DNA of 64,000 nt from Candidatus Poseidoniales archaeon. Its GTDB lineage: Archaea; Thermoplasmatota; Poseidoniia; Poseidoniales; Thalassarchaeaceae. The translations under genes and the position numbers were made by a program. This document shows positions 46,312 to 56,060 of this stretch, one piece after another (the first letter of the stretch is position 1; each line of letters starts with the position of its first letter). The stretch is taken from positions 40,610 through 104,609 of the forward strand of contig DUAE01000033.1 in NCBI GenBank assembly GCA_012960975.1, given 5' to 3'. The notes beneath the pieces were generated by a model. The model was not told the DNA's origin and did not search any database. It worked only from the letters and a program-made list of their open reading frames with translations.

Positions 46312-47766
46312 ATGGAAGCATTAGACAAACAATTTGGAATAACAGAAGCAGGAAGCACGGTTGAGGGAGAAATTCGAGCGGGAATAACGACATTTTTGAC
46401 GATGGCGTATATTTTGATAGTCAATCCTTCAATGCTGAGTCTTTTCGGTCAGACAGGAATACCATTTGACGACGCATTATTTGCAACAGCAGTTGCTGCC
46501 TTCGTTGGGTGTGTTGTTATGGGATTATGGGCAAACTTGCCCTTCGCACTCGCGCCGGGTATGGGGCTAAACGCCTACTTTACTTTCGCGGTGGTTCTGG
46601 GTATGGGAATACCTTGGGACGTTGCCCTAGCGGCAGTCTTGGTGGAGGGGGTAATTTTCCTAATCATCTCGCTACCTCAAGTAGGTTGGAGAACAATAAT
46701 GATTAATTCTATTCCCACTGATCTAAAAATCGCTACCGGCGCAGGAATTGGAATGTTCCTTGCAATAATTGGATTGCGAGAAATGGGTTGGATTCAAGAC
46801 GACGGGGCAACTCTCGTAAATCTTGCAAATACCGATGCCTTTACTTATGAACATGGTGCATTTATTGCAATGGTATGTTTAATTTTAACAACCATTTTGA
46901 TAGCACGCGGTCAAAAAGGAGCAATAATCATTGGAATTGCAATAGCTTCAATTTGGGGCTGGGCAACTAAAGCTTACGATCCATACAATGATTTCGTAGC
47001 AGGCGGACCTGGATTCTCCACCTCTCAAGCACATTGGCCAGACATAACAGCTGTAGGATTCGTAGGATTGCCTAGTGAAACAATGGGTGCTGCATTAGGT
47101 GCCCTCGGAGACGTAGGGGCCGACGGAGGAACAACCCTTGGCATGTTCTTGATGGTAATGATAACTTTCCTTTTCGTTGATATATTCGATACAGCAGGAA
47201 CATTATACTCTGTAGGCCGCCAAGCTGGCTACGTTAACGAAAACGATGAGTTGATGAACTCTGACGAGGCGTTCATGTCCGATGCTGCTGCAACAATAGT
47301 TGGAGCACTTACTGGTACTAGCACAACAACAACTTACATTGAGTCAGTTGCTGGTGTAGAAGAGGGTGGTAAGACTGGATTGACCGCAGTTACTGTTGGT
47401 GTACTAATGCTAACAGGACTATTCTTTTCGGATCTTTTCCAGGCCATACCAACCTTTGCTGCTGCACTTGCACTAGTCGTGATTGGTGCAATGATGATGC
47501 GCCAAGCCGCAGATATCGATTGGAATGACAAGGAAATGGCGTTACCGGCTTTCCTAACGATGGTCTTGATGCCTTTCACATACTCAATCGCAGATGGTAT
47601 CGCATGGGGAATTATTGCTTATGTTGCAATCAAGATTGGTATGGGCAAGTGGGATGAGCTAAATCCTGTAATGTGGGCACTATTCGTCTTGATGGCTATG
47701 TTCTACCTGGGCCCCGGTGACCAAAACACCTTCAATTACTTGTTCGGACTTGTCGGACTTAATTGA
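46312..47766 (+). CDS. NCS2/AzgA family purine permease
   Basis: AGITTFLTMAYILIVNP, APGMGLNAYF, DIFDTAGT, YIESVAGV, MPFTYSIADGI. Confidence 0.93.
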   Translation: MEALDKQFGITEAGSTVEGEIRAGITTFLTMAYILIVNPSMLSLFGQTGIPFDDALFATAVAAFVGCVVMGLWANLPFALAPGMGLNAYFTFAVVLGMGIPWDVALAAVLVEGVIFLIISLPQVGWRTIMINSIPTDLKIATGAGIGMFLAIIGLREMGWIQDDGATLVNLANTDAFTYEHGAFIAMVCLILTTILIARGQKGAIIIGIAIASIWGWATKAYDPYNDFVAGGPGFSTSQAHWPDITAVGFVGLPSETMGAALGALGDVGADGGTTLGMFLMVMITFLFVDIFDTAGTLYSVGRQAGYVNENDELMNSDEAFMSDAAATIVGALTGTSTTTTYIESVAGVEEGGKTGLTAVTVGVLMLTGLFFSDLFQAIPTFAAALALVVIGAMMMRQAADIDWNDKEMALPAFLTMVLMPFTYSIADGIAWGIIAYVAIKIGMGKWDELNPVMWALFVLMAMFYLGPGDQNTFNYLFGLVGLN

Positions 47767-47782
47767 GTAGAAATTACGTAAA

Positions 47783-47824
47783 CGGCACCTCGGCTGAACG
47801 GTCAGCCTGAAAGCCGAGGTGTCG
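47783..47824 (+). promoter_or_regulatory. Intergenic stem-loop between permease and apt
   Basis: CGGCACCTCGGCT pairs with AGCCGAGGTGTCG (13 bp, one G-U). Confidence 0.55.
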
Positions 47825-47843
47825 CCACAAGGGGGCGTTCAGT

Positions 47844-48386
47844 ATGTTAGATGAATTCACTAAACGCCTACGAGACACAGTTCGAACAATTCCAGATTTC
47901 CCTATCGAGGGCATTCAGTTTCGGGACATAACACCAGTATTATCTAATGGTAAATTACTCTCAGAAATCACAGATCGCTTTGTCAAGGAGATGAAGGAAC
48001 GAAATTGGCAACCCGATGTGGTAGTTGGTCCAGAATCTCGTGGATTCATCTTCGGGGCACTTTTGGCGGCAAAATTAGGAATAGCTTTTGTGCCGGTAAG
48101 AAAGCCCGGTAAACTCCCTCACGCAATAATTCGAGAGGAATATTCATTGGAATATGGGACCAATGTTATAGAAATTCATAAAGACGCAATAACACCTGGC
48201 CAAAAAGTCGTGATCATTGATGATTTACTCGCTACTGGGGGCACAGTTCGTGCATGCCATCGGCTTTGCAATCGATTAGATGCAAACATACTCGGAAACT
48301 TATTTGTCATCGAATTAGAAGGCCTCGGTGGCTCAGAAAGCTTGGATCCCACCGAGTCGATTTCTTTGATAAAATTCCCAGCATAG
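47844..48386 (+). CDS. apt: Adenine phosphoribosyltransferase
   Basis: IPDFPIEGIQFRDIT, ESRGF, VRKPGKLP, YSLEYG, IIDDLLATGGT. Confidence 0.95.
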   Translation: MLDEFTKRLRDTVRTIPDFPIEGIQFRDITPVLSNGKLLSEITDRFVKEMKERNWQPDVVVGPESRGFIFGALLAAKLGIAFVPVRKPGKLPHAIIREEYSLEYGTNVIEIHKDAITPGQKVVIIDDLLATGGTVRACHRLCNRLDANILGNLFVIELEGLGGSESLDPTESISLIKFPA

Positions 48387-48455
48387 TATTTTGTAATTGA
48401 TAACAGAACCCCGATTCTTTCAAAGGGGTCTCTGCTTTCCCAATAGAAGATAACA

Positions 48456-48989
48456 ATGGCAGACGCGCCACCTTCGCCGCCTCCTCCGCCGAAGCGACCG
48501 CCGAAGGCAAGGCCCGCAAAACCACCAATGCCTCCCGCCCCAGCCAAGGCGCCAAAAAAATCTCCACCCCCTCCACTAGCTCAACCCAAAACAGCCCCTC
48601 CACCTCCACCGAAGCGAAAACAGAAACCAGCCCCTCCTCGAAAAGGCAAACGCCCTGCACCGAAAGGCAGGCCGCAGAAACCGTCTGGAAAACGAAGGAG
48701 AAAAAACCCTCCTGCTAAAAAGAAAGGCCGCAGGATAAAAATCAAACTCGGCTTAAGGGCAAAAAAAATCGATGAAGAAGAAGATACATACACGGACCAA
48801 ATCGGCTGGACAGCAACCGATAATATTCTCGACGCGTATGAAGAAGAAGAATCTAAGGAGCCAGAAATAATCAGTCATCAATGTAGTATGTGTGGTTCAA
48901 TAATGCAAATCCCTCGGCCATCCCTTGAACGATACAAAGTCATCTGCGCTTATTCTGAGTGTGGGCATTCAGATATGATGGGCGTATAA
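48456..48989 (+). CDS. Pro/Lys-rich disordered protein with C-terminal zinc ribbon
   Basis: PPPPPKR-type repeats, an acidic patch, CSMC...CAYSEC. Confidence 0.65.
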   Translation: MADAPPSPPPPPKRPPKARPAKPPMPPAPAKAPKKSPPPPLAQPKTAPPPPPKRKQKPAPPRKGKRPAPKGRPQKPSGKRRRKNPPAKKKGRRIKIKLGLRAKKIDEEEDTYTDQIGWTATDNILDAYEEEESKEPEIISHQCSMCGSIMQIPRPSLERYKVICAYSECGHSDMMGV

Positions 48990-48996
48990 TTAGTAT

Positions 48997-49764
48997 TCAA
49001 AAACCAACCAAATCCATTAATCTTTTTACCGCCGCAAGCAATAAGACTGCCACCAATATCTTTCTGACTATTGATTGATTGGCAGAGGCAGAACCTAATT
49101 TAGAACCGAACAACCCTCCAATAATTACCATAGGAATTGCAAGTATAATTAACTCAGAATCTAATAGAATGCCATTTACAGATGCACTTCCAATAAGGCC
49201 GGCAGCAGAATTTACCCAAATGAAAGCCGCCGATGTTGCGGCGGCCATTTTTGGCGTAGCCCATCCTCTAAGCATTAGAAGAGGAGATAGGAGTATGCCT
49301 CCACCAATACCGACAACCCCACTAATCAGGCCGATTCCGGCCCCCCACGGTAAAATCACTTTCCAGCTAGGGGGCCGAATAGATGTGTCGTAATCTTCAG
49401 ATTTTGAGGTAAAGAGACGCATTGCAGCCAATATCAAAATTAGTGAAAGAAGCAAATCATATGCATTGCCCGTAACGGCCAAGTATCCACCAATAAATGC
49501 CATCGGTACACTTGCAAGAACGAATGGAACTGTGAGTGCCGAACGATGGTGCCCGAGTGAATGGAAATGATAGAATGAAATTGCTGCGACAATCAAATTC
49601 AAACTCCATGCGTGTTGCTTTAACCAGCCCGGATCATTCATCGCGAATGCAGATAAAGAGAGGATTGCGAGATATCCGGAACCACCACCATGTCCTACAG
49701 ATGAGTATAGTGCTGCAACGACTCCGAGGGATAAAATCAGAATAACTAATTCTACATCGAGCAC
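48997..49764 (-). CDS. TauE/SafE (TSUP) family transporter
   Basis: SSVGHGGGSGY and SGVVGIGGGILLSP, about 8 TM helices. Confidence 0.88.
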   Translation of the reverse strand: MLDVELVILILSLGVVAALYSSVGHGGGSGYLAILSLSAFAMNDPGWLKQHAWSLNLIVAAISFYHFHSLGHHRSALTVPFVLASVPMAFIGGYLAVTGNAYDLLLSLILILAAMRLFTSKSEDYDTSIRPPSWKVILPWGAGIGLISGVVGIGGGILLSPLLMLRGWATPKMAAATSAAFIWVNSAAGLIGSASVNGILLDSELIILAIPMVIIGGLFGSKLGSASANQSIVRKILVAVLLLAAVKRLMDLVGF

Positions 49765-49815
49765 ATTCGAACCGATACAGGAAGAACACTTGAACTAAAC
49801 GCCACCTCAACGGTC

Positions 49816-51024
49816 GTGGAGAAAGGAGTATCTGTCGAGCGTGCCATTGAATTGGCTTGTAAATCGACAATGAATTTAGGTACTGAAACAGTCGACTTAT
49901 CAAAATTGTATGGTCGCACCCTTGCCGAATCGTTGAACTCAAAAGTTGACGACCCACGATTCGATAACTCCGCAATGGATGGATGGGCAGTATGTTCTTC
50001 AGATTTTTTGAATGAAATTACAGTTTTGAAAATAGTGGGTACAAGTAAAGCAGGAGGCAAACAACCACCTGAAATCAGAACAGGTCAGGCTTGCCAAATT
50101 ATGACAGGAGCCCCAATGCCTGCTGGCGCCGATGCGATTGTCGTCGTCGAAAATAGTCAAGTCAAGGGTGACAAAGTTACTTTGATCGGCCCAGCGAACA
50201 AGAATTACATTCGTAAAAAGTCGGAAAATTTGTTGAGGGGGGAAGAAACCCTATCTGCAGGTACAAGAATGTCCGCGGCATCGATTTCCCTGACGGCGAC
50301 GATGGGTTTCGCCGAGGTTAAAGTAGTAAAAAAACCAAAAATTGCAATTATTAGTACTGGTGATGAACTTAAATCTCCAGGCGCTGAGTTATTGCCTGGT
50401 GAAATTTACGAGTCTAACTCATATGGAATTAGTGTATTAATTGATAAAATGGGTGGCCATGCGATTCGATTTGAACCAGTAACAGATTCAGTCAATTCCC
50501 TAAGGGAGGCACTGACTGCCGCTGCATCTGAATGCGATGCTATTTTGACTAGTGGTGGAGTTAGTATGGGCGAATGGGATTTCGTAAGAAAATTAATGGA
50601 GGAAGAGGGCGATATGAAATTCTGGCGAATCCAAATGCGTCCTGGAGGGCCGCCCCTTTTTGGTGAATGGAATGGCGTACCAATTTTTGGATTACCCGGA
50701 AATCCTGTAAGCAGCCACGTCGTCTTTTTGATGATAGTGGCACCATGGATTTCTTTTAATTTAGGTTCAGGGGCGCACGCAAACGCTCTTGGTAAATATG
50801 TGCGGGCGAAATTACAAGATCCAATCGCAGGGGCAAAAAATAAAATTTGTTTGCGACGAATCAAAATTACTTCTAAAAACGACGAATTAATTGCTACTAC
50901 GCACACCCATCAAGGTAGTGGCAATATACACAGTCTAGTCGCTCACAATGCGCTATCTATCCTCCCCCCTGGCATCGATGCAAGGGCAGGAGAAAATATT
51001 GATGCTTTCTGGTGGAACGAATAA
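49816..51024 (+). CDS. moeA: Molybdopterin molybdotransferase
   Basis: FDNSAMDGWA, IMTGAPMP, STGDEL, SGGVSMG, GLPGNPVS. Confidence 0.95.
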   Translation: MEKGVSVERAIELACKSTMNLGTETVDLSKLYGRTLAESLNSKVDDPRFDNSAMDGWAVCSSDFLNEITVLKIVGTSKAGGKQPPEIRTGQACQIMTGAPMPAGADAIVVVENSQVKGDKVTLIGPANKNYIRKKSENLLRGEETLSAGTRMSAASISLTATMGFAEVKVVKKPKIAIISTGDELKSPGAELLPGEIYESNSYGISVLIDKMGGHAIRFEPVTDSVNSLREALTAAASECDAILTSGGVSMGEWDFVRKLMEEEGDMKFWRIQMRPGGPPLFGEWNGVPIFGLPGNPVSSHVVFLMIVAPWISFNLGSGAHANALGKYVRAKLQDPIAGAKNKICLRRIKITSKNDELIATTHTHQGSGNIHSLVAHNALSILPPGIDARAGENIDAFWWNE

Positions 51025-51096
51025 TTTTATTATTCTTTGAACCATGAATTCAAGGGCAGCCAATATCACGCTTAACCTGCGCGAGGGGATTAGGAC

Positions 51097-54078
51097 GTGG
51101 CGGACGAGAATAATAATCGCCACTTAGATCGGGGGTGGATCGAGGTTCGCGGCGCTCGAACTCATAATCTGAAGAATATCGACGTTAGTATTCCACGAGG
51201 AAAATTTGTCGTGATTTCTGGTGTTTCGGGTAGTGGAAAATCTAGCTTAGCATTTGATACACTCTATGCTGAAGGGCAGCGGCGGTATGTCGAAAGTTTG
51301 AGCTCATACGCCAGACAATTCCTTGGACAAATGAAAAAGCCAGATTGCGACTCTATCGAGGGGCTCTCTCCTGCAATCAGTATCGATCAAAAACAAGGAA
51401 GCCATAACCCTCGCTCAACCGTTGCAACAGTTACTGAAATTATGGATTATATGCGACTGCTATGGGCTCGAGTAGGGATTCCTCATTGCCCCGAATGTGG
51501 CGATGAGGTTGCCCGTCGAACCGTCCAAGAAATTGTTGATGATGTTTTGTGGCGATTCGAAGGTCACGCGGTTGCAGTGTGGAGCCCAGTAATCCGTAAT
51601 CGAAAAGGCACACACGCAGATTTGTTTTCAGGATTAGTCGAGCAGGGTTATCTTGAAGGAGTGGTAAATGGGCGAGAGGTTAGTTTTGAAAATCCCCCCA
51701 TTTTAGAAAAAAATCTTCGTCACGATATCGATGTCAGAATCGATCGATTACGATTGATTAGAGAGAATCGACAGCGCCTAACCGAGGGGGTTGAAACAGG
51801 AATAAGGCTTGGTGGCGGCACCATTGCAGTTGAAAGTCTTGAATCGGTCAAACCAGAGGAGGGCTCTGATATTTCTGACCAAAAATTCAAAACCCAACAA
51901 GGTGAAAAAATCCCCTATTCCGAAGAATTTGCTTGTCCAAAACACGGGGCATTTTTGCCAGAAATGACACCGCGTGTATTTTCTTTCAACAACCCATTGG
52001 GAGCTTGCCCAACCTGTCAAGGATTGGGCATACAGAGGGAATTTTCCGCGGATCTAGTAATCGATCGAACAGCAACAGTTGCTGAAGGATGCATTAGACC
52101 ATTTCGTAGCTCGATGATGTCGGGGTGGTATCGCACGCAAATGAAACATGTTTGCGAACATTATGGATACTCACCCGACATCAGATTTGGTGAATTGGAT
52201 GAAGATGCCCAAGATGTGTTATTGCATGGGAGTGGAAGTACAGCAATACACTTCGAATTTACTTCTGAAAAAGGTTCCTCCTATCGAATGGTAAGGCCCT
52301 GGGAAGGTGTGTTTGCTCGCATTCGTCGAACTTATACTGAAACCGGCTCAGACAGAACCCGTTCTCGCTTGGCAGCTTTCATGAATGATGAGCCATGCCT
52401 GGATTGCGATGGCCAAAAATTCAATTCCGCGGTTAGCCGAGTAACGGTCGGTAAAGTATCACTTCCCGCAATTTCTTCTTGTAGTGTCCTAGAAGCCTTA
52501 GCGGTTGTTCAGCATTGGCGCTCGGGCGAGTCTGATGAAACATGGAAAAAACTCGATAGACAAAAACCAAACAGCCCGACGATATCACAAGCCGAACAAC
52601 TTGACGAGCGTTCGATCTTCATAGGTACGGAAATTATCAAGGAAATTGAATCACGATTGAAATTTCTCGCTCAAGTCGGCCTAGACTATCTTACTCTAGA
52701 TAGAAGGGCGAGCACATTATCTGGCGGCGAGTCTCAACGAATTCGCCTTGCTACTCAAATCGGAACGAGATTAACGGGGGTTATGTATGTACTCGACGAA
52801 CCGAGTATAGGGCTACACCCACGTGATAATGGGCGACTTCTAGAGACACTCCGCGAACTCACAACTCTTGGCAATACATTGCTTGTAGTTGAGCATGATG
52901 AGGCAACTTTGCGCCAAGCAGATTGGCTAGTTGACATCGGCCCCGGGGCCGGTAAACAAGGTGGTCGGGTACTCGTGAGTGGCGACATCGATGAATTATT
53001 ATCACACAAAGAAAGCGTGACTGGGGCCTACTTGTCTGGTAAAAAGTCAATTCCAATACCAAAAGATAGAATCAAACCAACGAAAGATATGTGGCTAAAG
53101 ATTAACGGAGCTAGGCAGAATAATCTTCAAGATATTGATGTTGCAATTCCGCTTGGTTGCATGGTCTCAATTACAGGAGTTTCCGGCTCAGGTAAATCCT
53201 CCCTAATCGCTTCCACACTTGCCCCCGCTCTATTGAGAGCCTTACACGGAAGTGACAGCTCACCTGGAAAACACGATTCCATCGAGGGCGTCGAACATAT
53301 TGACAAAACCATAGTCATCAACCAAGCTCCCATTGGCCGCACCCCTCGTTCGAATGCTGCTACTTATACGGGGGCATTTGGGCCGATTAGAGATCTATTT
53401 ACTGAAACAATCCTTGCGAAAGAGAGAGGATACAAACCAGGTCAATTTTCTTTCAATGTCAAAGGAGGGAGGTGCGAATCTTGCAAAGGAGCAGGTTCGA
53501 TGAAACTTGAAATGAATTTCCTTCCCGATGTTTGGGTAACTTGCGATATCTGTAAAGGAAAGCGCTATACTAGGGAAACATTGGAAGTGACTTGGAGAGG
53601 AAAAACCATACATGAAGTTCTAGAAATGTCAGTGGTAGAATCTTGTGAATTTTTCAAAAATCAAAAAAGAATTTATCGAATTCTTTCAACTTTAGAAGAT
53701 GTTGGTTTAGGATATATTCGGCTCGGCCAGCCAGCAACAACACTCTCTGGTGGTGAGGCACAACGAGTAAAATTAGCAAGTGAATTACATCGGCCAACTC
53801 GAAGCCACACAATCTACATTCTAGATGAGCCGACGACCGGACTCTCTATGGCGGACGTTCACCAATTGATCGAAGTTCTTTTGCGGCTTCGCAGAAATGG
53901 CCACACAGTAATTGTCATCGAACACCACTTAGATGTCGTCAAATGCGCCGATTGGGTCATTGATCTTGGCCCAGAGGGCGGCGAAATGGGCGGCTATATC
54001 GTTGCCGAAGGCACTCCAGAAGACATCGCGAACAATCCAGCGAGCCACACTGGAAAGCATCTTTTAGATATGATTTGA
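51097..54078 (+). CDS. uvrA: Excinuclease ABC subunit A
   Basis: GARTHNLKNI, two Walker A motifs GVSGSGKSS, EGQRRYVESLS, LSGGE twice, zinc fingers. Confidence 0.97.
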   Translation: MADENNNRHLDRGWIEVRGARTHNLKNIDVSIPRGKFVVISGVSGSGKSSLAFDTLYAEGQRRYVESLSSYARQFLGQMKKPDCDSIEGLSPAISIDQKQGSHNPRSTVATVTEIMDYMRLLWARVGIPHCPECGDEVARRTVQEIVDDVLWRFEGHAVAVWSPVIRNRKGTHADLFSGLVEQGYLEGVVNGREVSFENPPILEKNLRHDIDVRIDRLRLIRENRQRLTEGVETGIRLGGGTIAVESLESVKPEEGSDISDQKFKTQQGEKIPYSEEFACPKHGAFLPEMTPRVFSFNNPLGACPTCQGLGIQREFSADLVIDRTATVAEGCIRPFRSSMMSGWYRTQMKHVCEHYGYSPDIRFGELDEDAQDVLLHGSGSTAIHFEFTSEKGSSYRMVRPWEGVFARIRRTYTETGSDRTRSRLAAFMNDEPCLDCDGQKFNSAVSRVTVGKVSLPAISSCSVLEALAVVQHWRSGESDETWKKLDRQKPNSPTISQAEQLDERSIFIGTEIIKEIESRLKFLAQVGLDYLTLDRRASTLSGGESQRIRLATQIGTRLTGVMYVLDEPSIGLHPRDNGRLLETLRELTTLGNTLLVVEHDEATLRQADWLVDIGPGAGKQGGRVLVSGDIDELLSHKESVTGAYLSGKKSIPIPKDRIKPTKDMWLKINGARQNNLQDIDVAIPLGCMVSITGVSGSGKSSLIASTLAPALLRALHGSDSSPGKHDSIEGVEHIDKTIVINQAPIGRTPRSNAATYTGAFGPIRDLFTETILAKERGYKPGQFSFNVKGGRCESCKGAGSMKLEMNFLPDVWVTCDICKGKRYTRETLEVTWRGKTIHEVLEMSVVESCEFFKNQKRIYRILSTLEDVGLGYIRLGQPATTLSGGEAQRVKLASELHRPTRSHTIYILDEPTTGLSMADVHQLIEVLLRLRRNGHTVIVIEHHLDVVKCADWVIDLGPEGGEMGGYIVAEGTPEDIANNPASHTGKHLLDMI

Positions 54079-54130
54079 GTATCTAGGTAGGCATAAGCCT
54101 TGAGAAGGTAGGGGGGGGCGCTTCTGTTTG

Positions 54131-54871
54131 ATGTACCGTTCAGGTAACCCTGCCCTTTCAGACTCGACCTTTGATAAATCAAACTATCAGGACTCAACCT
54201 GGTGGGACGATAATTCTCAATTCATGAGTATTGAAGGGACTGTTGAAAAAACCACAATTTTATTGCTTATCACAACAACTCTAGCAATTGCAACCTACTT
54301 ATTCATGCCCGTTCTTGCTATCATAGGCTTCATTGGTGGATTCATTCTCGTAATGATAATTGTTTTTTCTGGTTCAACCAATCCATTCTTGATTTGTAGT
54401 TATGCAGCCTTCGAAGGGTTGGCATTAGGAGGCATCACACGAGTTTTTGAAACATATGCCGGCTATCCTGGGATGGGAATACTTGCAGCAGCTCTAACTT
54501 TCCTTATATTAGGTGCAATGTTGTTGATTTATCGGGCAAAAATTATCCAATGGGATCGAAATCTCGCCATCGCAGTATCTTCAGCTCTCCTTGCAATAAT
54601 CCTAATTTATCTAATTTCTTTTATTGGACTGTTTCTTGGTTTTGAGGTGCCTTTGATTCATGGAAGTGGACCAATAGGCATTGGTTTTTCTCTTTTCGTC
54701 ATTGGGATAGGTGCGCTATGTCTTGTAGCAGACTTCGATTTTATTGAGAAAGGAATAGAGAGAGGGGCGCCCAAGCAACTTGAGTGGCGTGCCGCTTTCG
54801 GCCTAATGGTTACATTAATTTGGCTGTATATTGAAATTCTCAGACTTCTCTCAAAACTATCAAGGCGCTGA
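54131..54871 (+). CDS. Bax inhibitor-1/YccA family membrane protein
   Basis: SGNPAL, DFDFIEKG, AFGLMVTLIWLYIEILRLL. Confidence 0.88.
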   Translation: MYRSGNPALSDSTFDKSNYQDSTWWDDNSQFMSIEGTVEKTTILLLITTTLAIATYLFMPVLAIIGFIGGFILVMIIVFSGSTNPFLICSYAAFEGLALGGITRVFETYAGYPGMGILAAALTFLILGAMLLIYRAKIIQWDRNLAIAVSSALLAIILIYLISFIGLFLGFEVPLIHGSGPIGIGFSLFVIGIGALCLVADFDFIEKGIERGAPKQLEWRAAFGLMVTLIWLYIEILRLLSKLSRR

Positions 54872-54875
54872 GTGA

Positions 54876-55514
54876 ATGGAAATTGAACCAATACTCACCT
54901 TAGCTTTAGCCGGAACCACACTCGGCGTTGTTGAAGGAATAAAACCAGGTCCACTATTGACAATGGTATTTCGAGAAACTCTTTCCGGCGGTTTCAAGGC
55001 CGGTCTTTGGACTGCTGCAGCGCCAATATTCACTGATGGCCCACTAATTATTGTCAGCCTAATTGCGGCCGGGTGGTTAGCAACAAATCCGGCCGCCTTA
55101 CTCATTATTTCAGTCGTAGGAGCACTTTTCCTCACTAAAATGGGGGTTGATTGTTTCAGTATTGAACCACCCAATTTAGACATAGGGCAAAAAGACACAT
55201 CAAATTCCTTCAAACGAGGCATATTGACGAATTTACTGAACCCTAATGTGTATGTATTTTGGTTCCTCATTGGCGGCCCTTTGATGGCTCTATATGTTGA
55301 GGTTGAACCACTTGCTCCTATTGCATATGCTTTGACCTTCCTTCTTTCGATAATTATTACAAAATCAATTATCGCCCTTATTCTTGATAGGACGAGGGGA
55401 AATTTTTCCGAGAAGGGCTATCGAACGGCCCTCAGGGTATGCGGAATTCTCATGCTCGGCTTTTCAGCCGGCTATCTTTGGCAGGCTTGGTTATTGGCTC
55501 CGCAAGTTTTATGA
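54876..55514 (+). CDS. LysE family translocator
   Basis: PGPL, GF.AG, FKRGILTNLLNP..FW. Confidence 0.85.
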   Translation: MEIEPILTLALAGTTLGVVEGIKPGPLLTMVFRETLSGGFKAGLWTAAAPIFTDGPLIIVSLIAAGWLATNPAALLIISVVGALFLTKMGVDCFSIEPPNLDIGQKDTSNSFKRGILTNLLNPNVYVFWFLIGGPLMALYVEVEPLAPIAYALTFLLSIIITKSIIALILDRTRGNFSEKGYRTALRVCGILMLGFSAGYLWQAWLLAPQVL

Positions 55515-56030
55515 TTGTTTAACGTCGATTAAAACGATTTGACATTCACGGCAGCGATATCTTCCTCTTCCTCTGCGAGTACGCTGATGCTCTTTGGAGC
55601 ACTGAGTGCACGTCCACAGCCATTTCGCGGCTCTTTTATGCAAATGAGTTCCAAATGATTTACCCATACCTCTGGCTTGGAGATCGGGCCACAGCGCCTC
55701 AAGATCTCGAAAAGTCTTGTCGTGACCAGCAAATCCAAGTGCGTGTAGAAATTCATGATAGAGTAGGAATGCAGCATATCGTTGCCAATCATTGGTTAAT
55801 GCCGCCGGATGAACATCGACACATCGCACATCGACCGGCCCTGAAATCTCTGATTTTCTCACCCCTTTCTGGTATCGACACACAGCATGGAGGCGTTTTG
55901 CATCTCTGCGAAGCCGCCCGAGAGGGATATTTTGTAGTTCATTCACAGGAAGTAAACTGAGTTGAGGGATTTGATGCATGGTGTGAACCACATTTCTGGC
56001 AAGTCTAGTTAGTATCTTCTCATCATCCAT
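55509..56030 (-). CDS. SprT-like zinc metalloprotease with zinc ribbon
   Basis: HEFLH...GHDKTF, CTQC...CREC. Confidence 0.7.
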   Translation of the reverse strand: MDDEKILTRLARNVVHTMHQIPQLSLLPVNELQNIPLGRLRRDAKRLHAVCRYQKGVRKSEISGPVDVRCVDVHPAALTNDWQRYAAFLLYHEFLHALGFAGHDKTFRDLEALWPDLQARGMGKSFGTHLHKRAAKWLWTCTQCSKEHQRTRRGRGRYRCRECQIVLIDVKQS

Positions 56031-56060
56031 TCACTAACCCCTCATTAATGCCAAATTATT

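Noticed and set aside
48176-48793. Gly-rich minus-strand ORFs
   Set aside because: They are the reverse complement of the Pro-rich gene and overlap apt.
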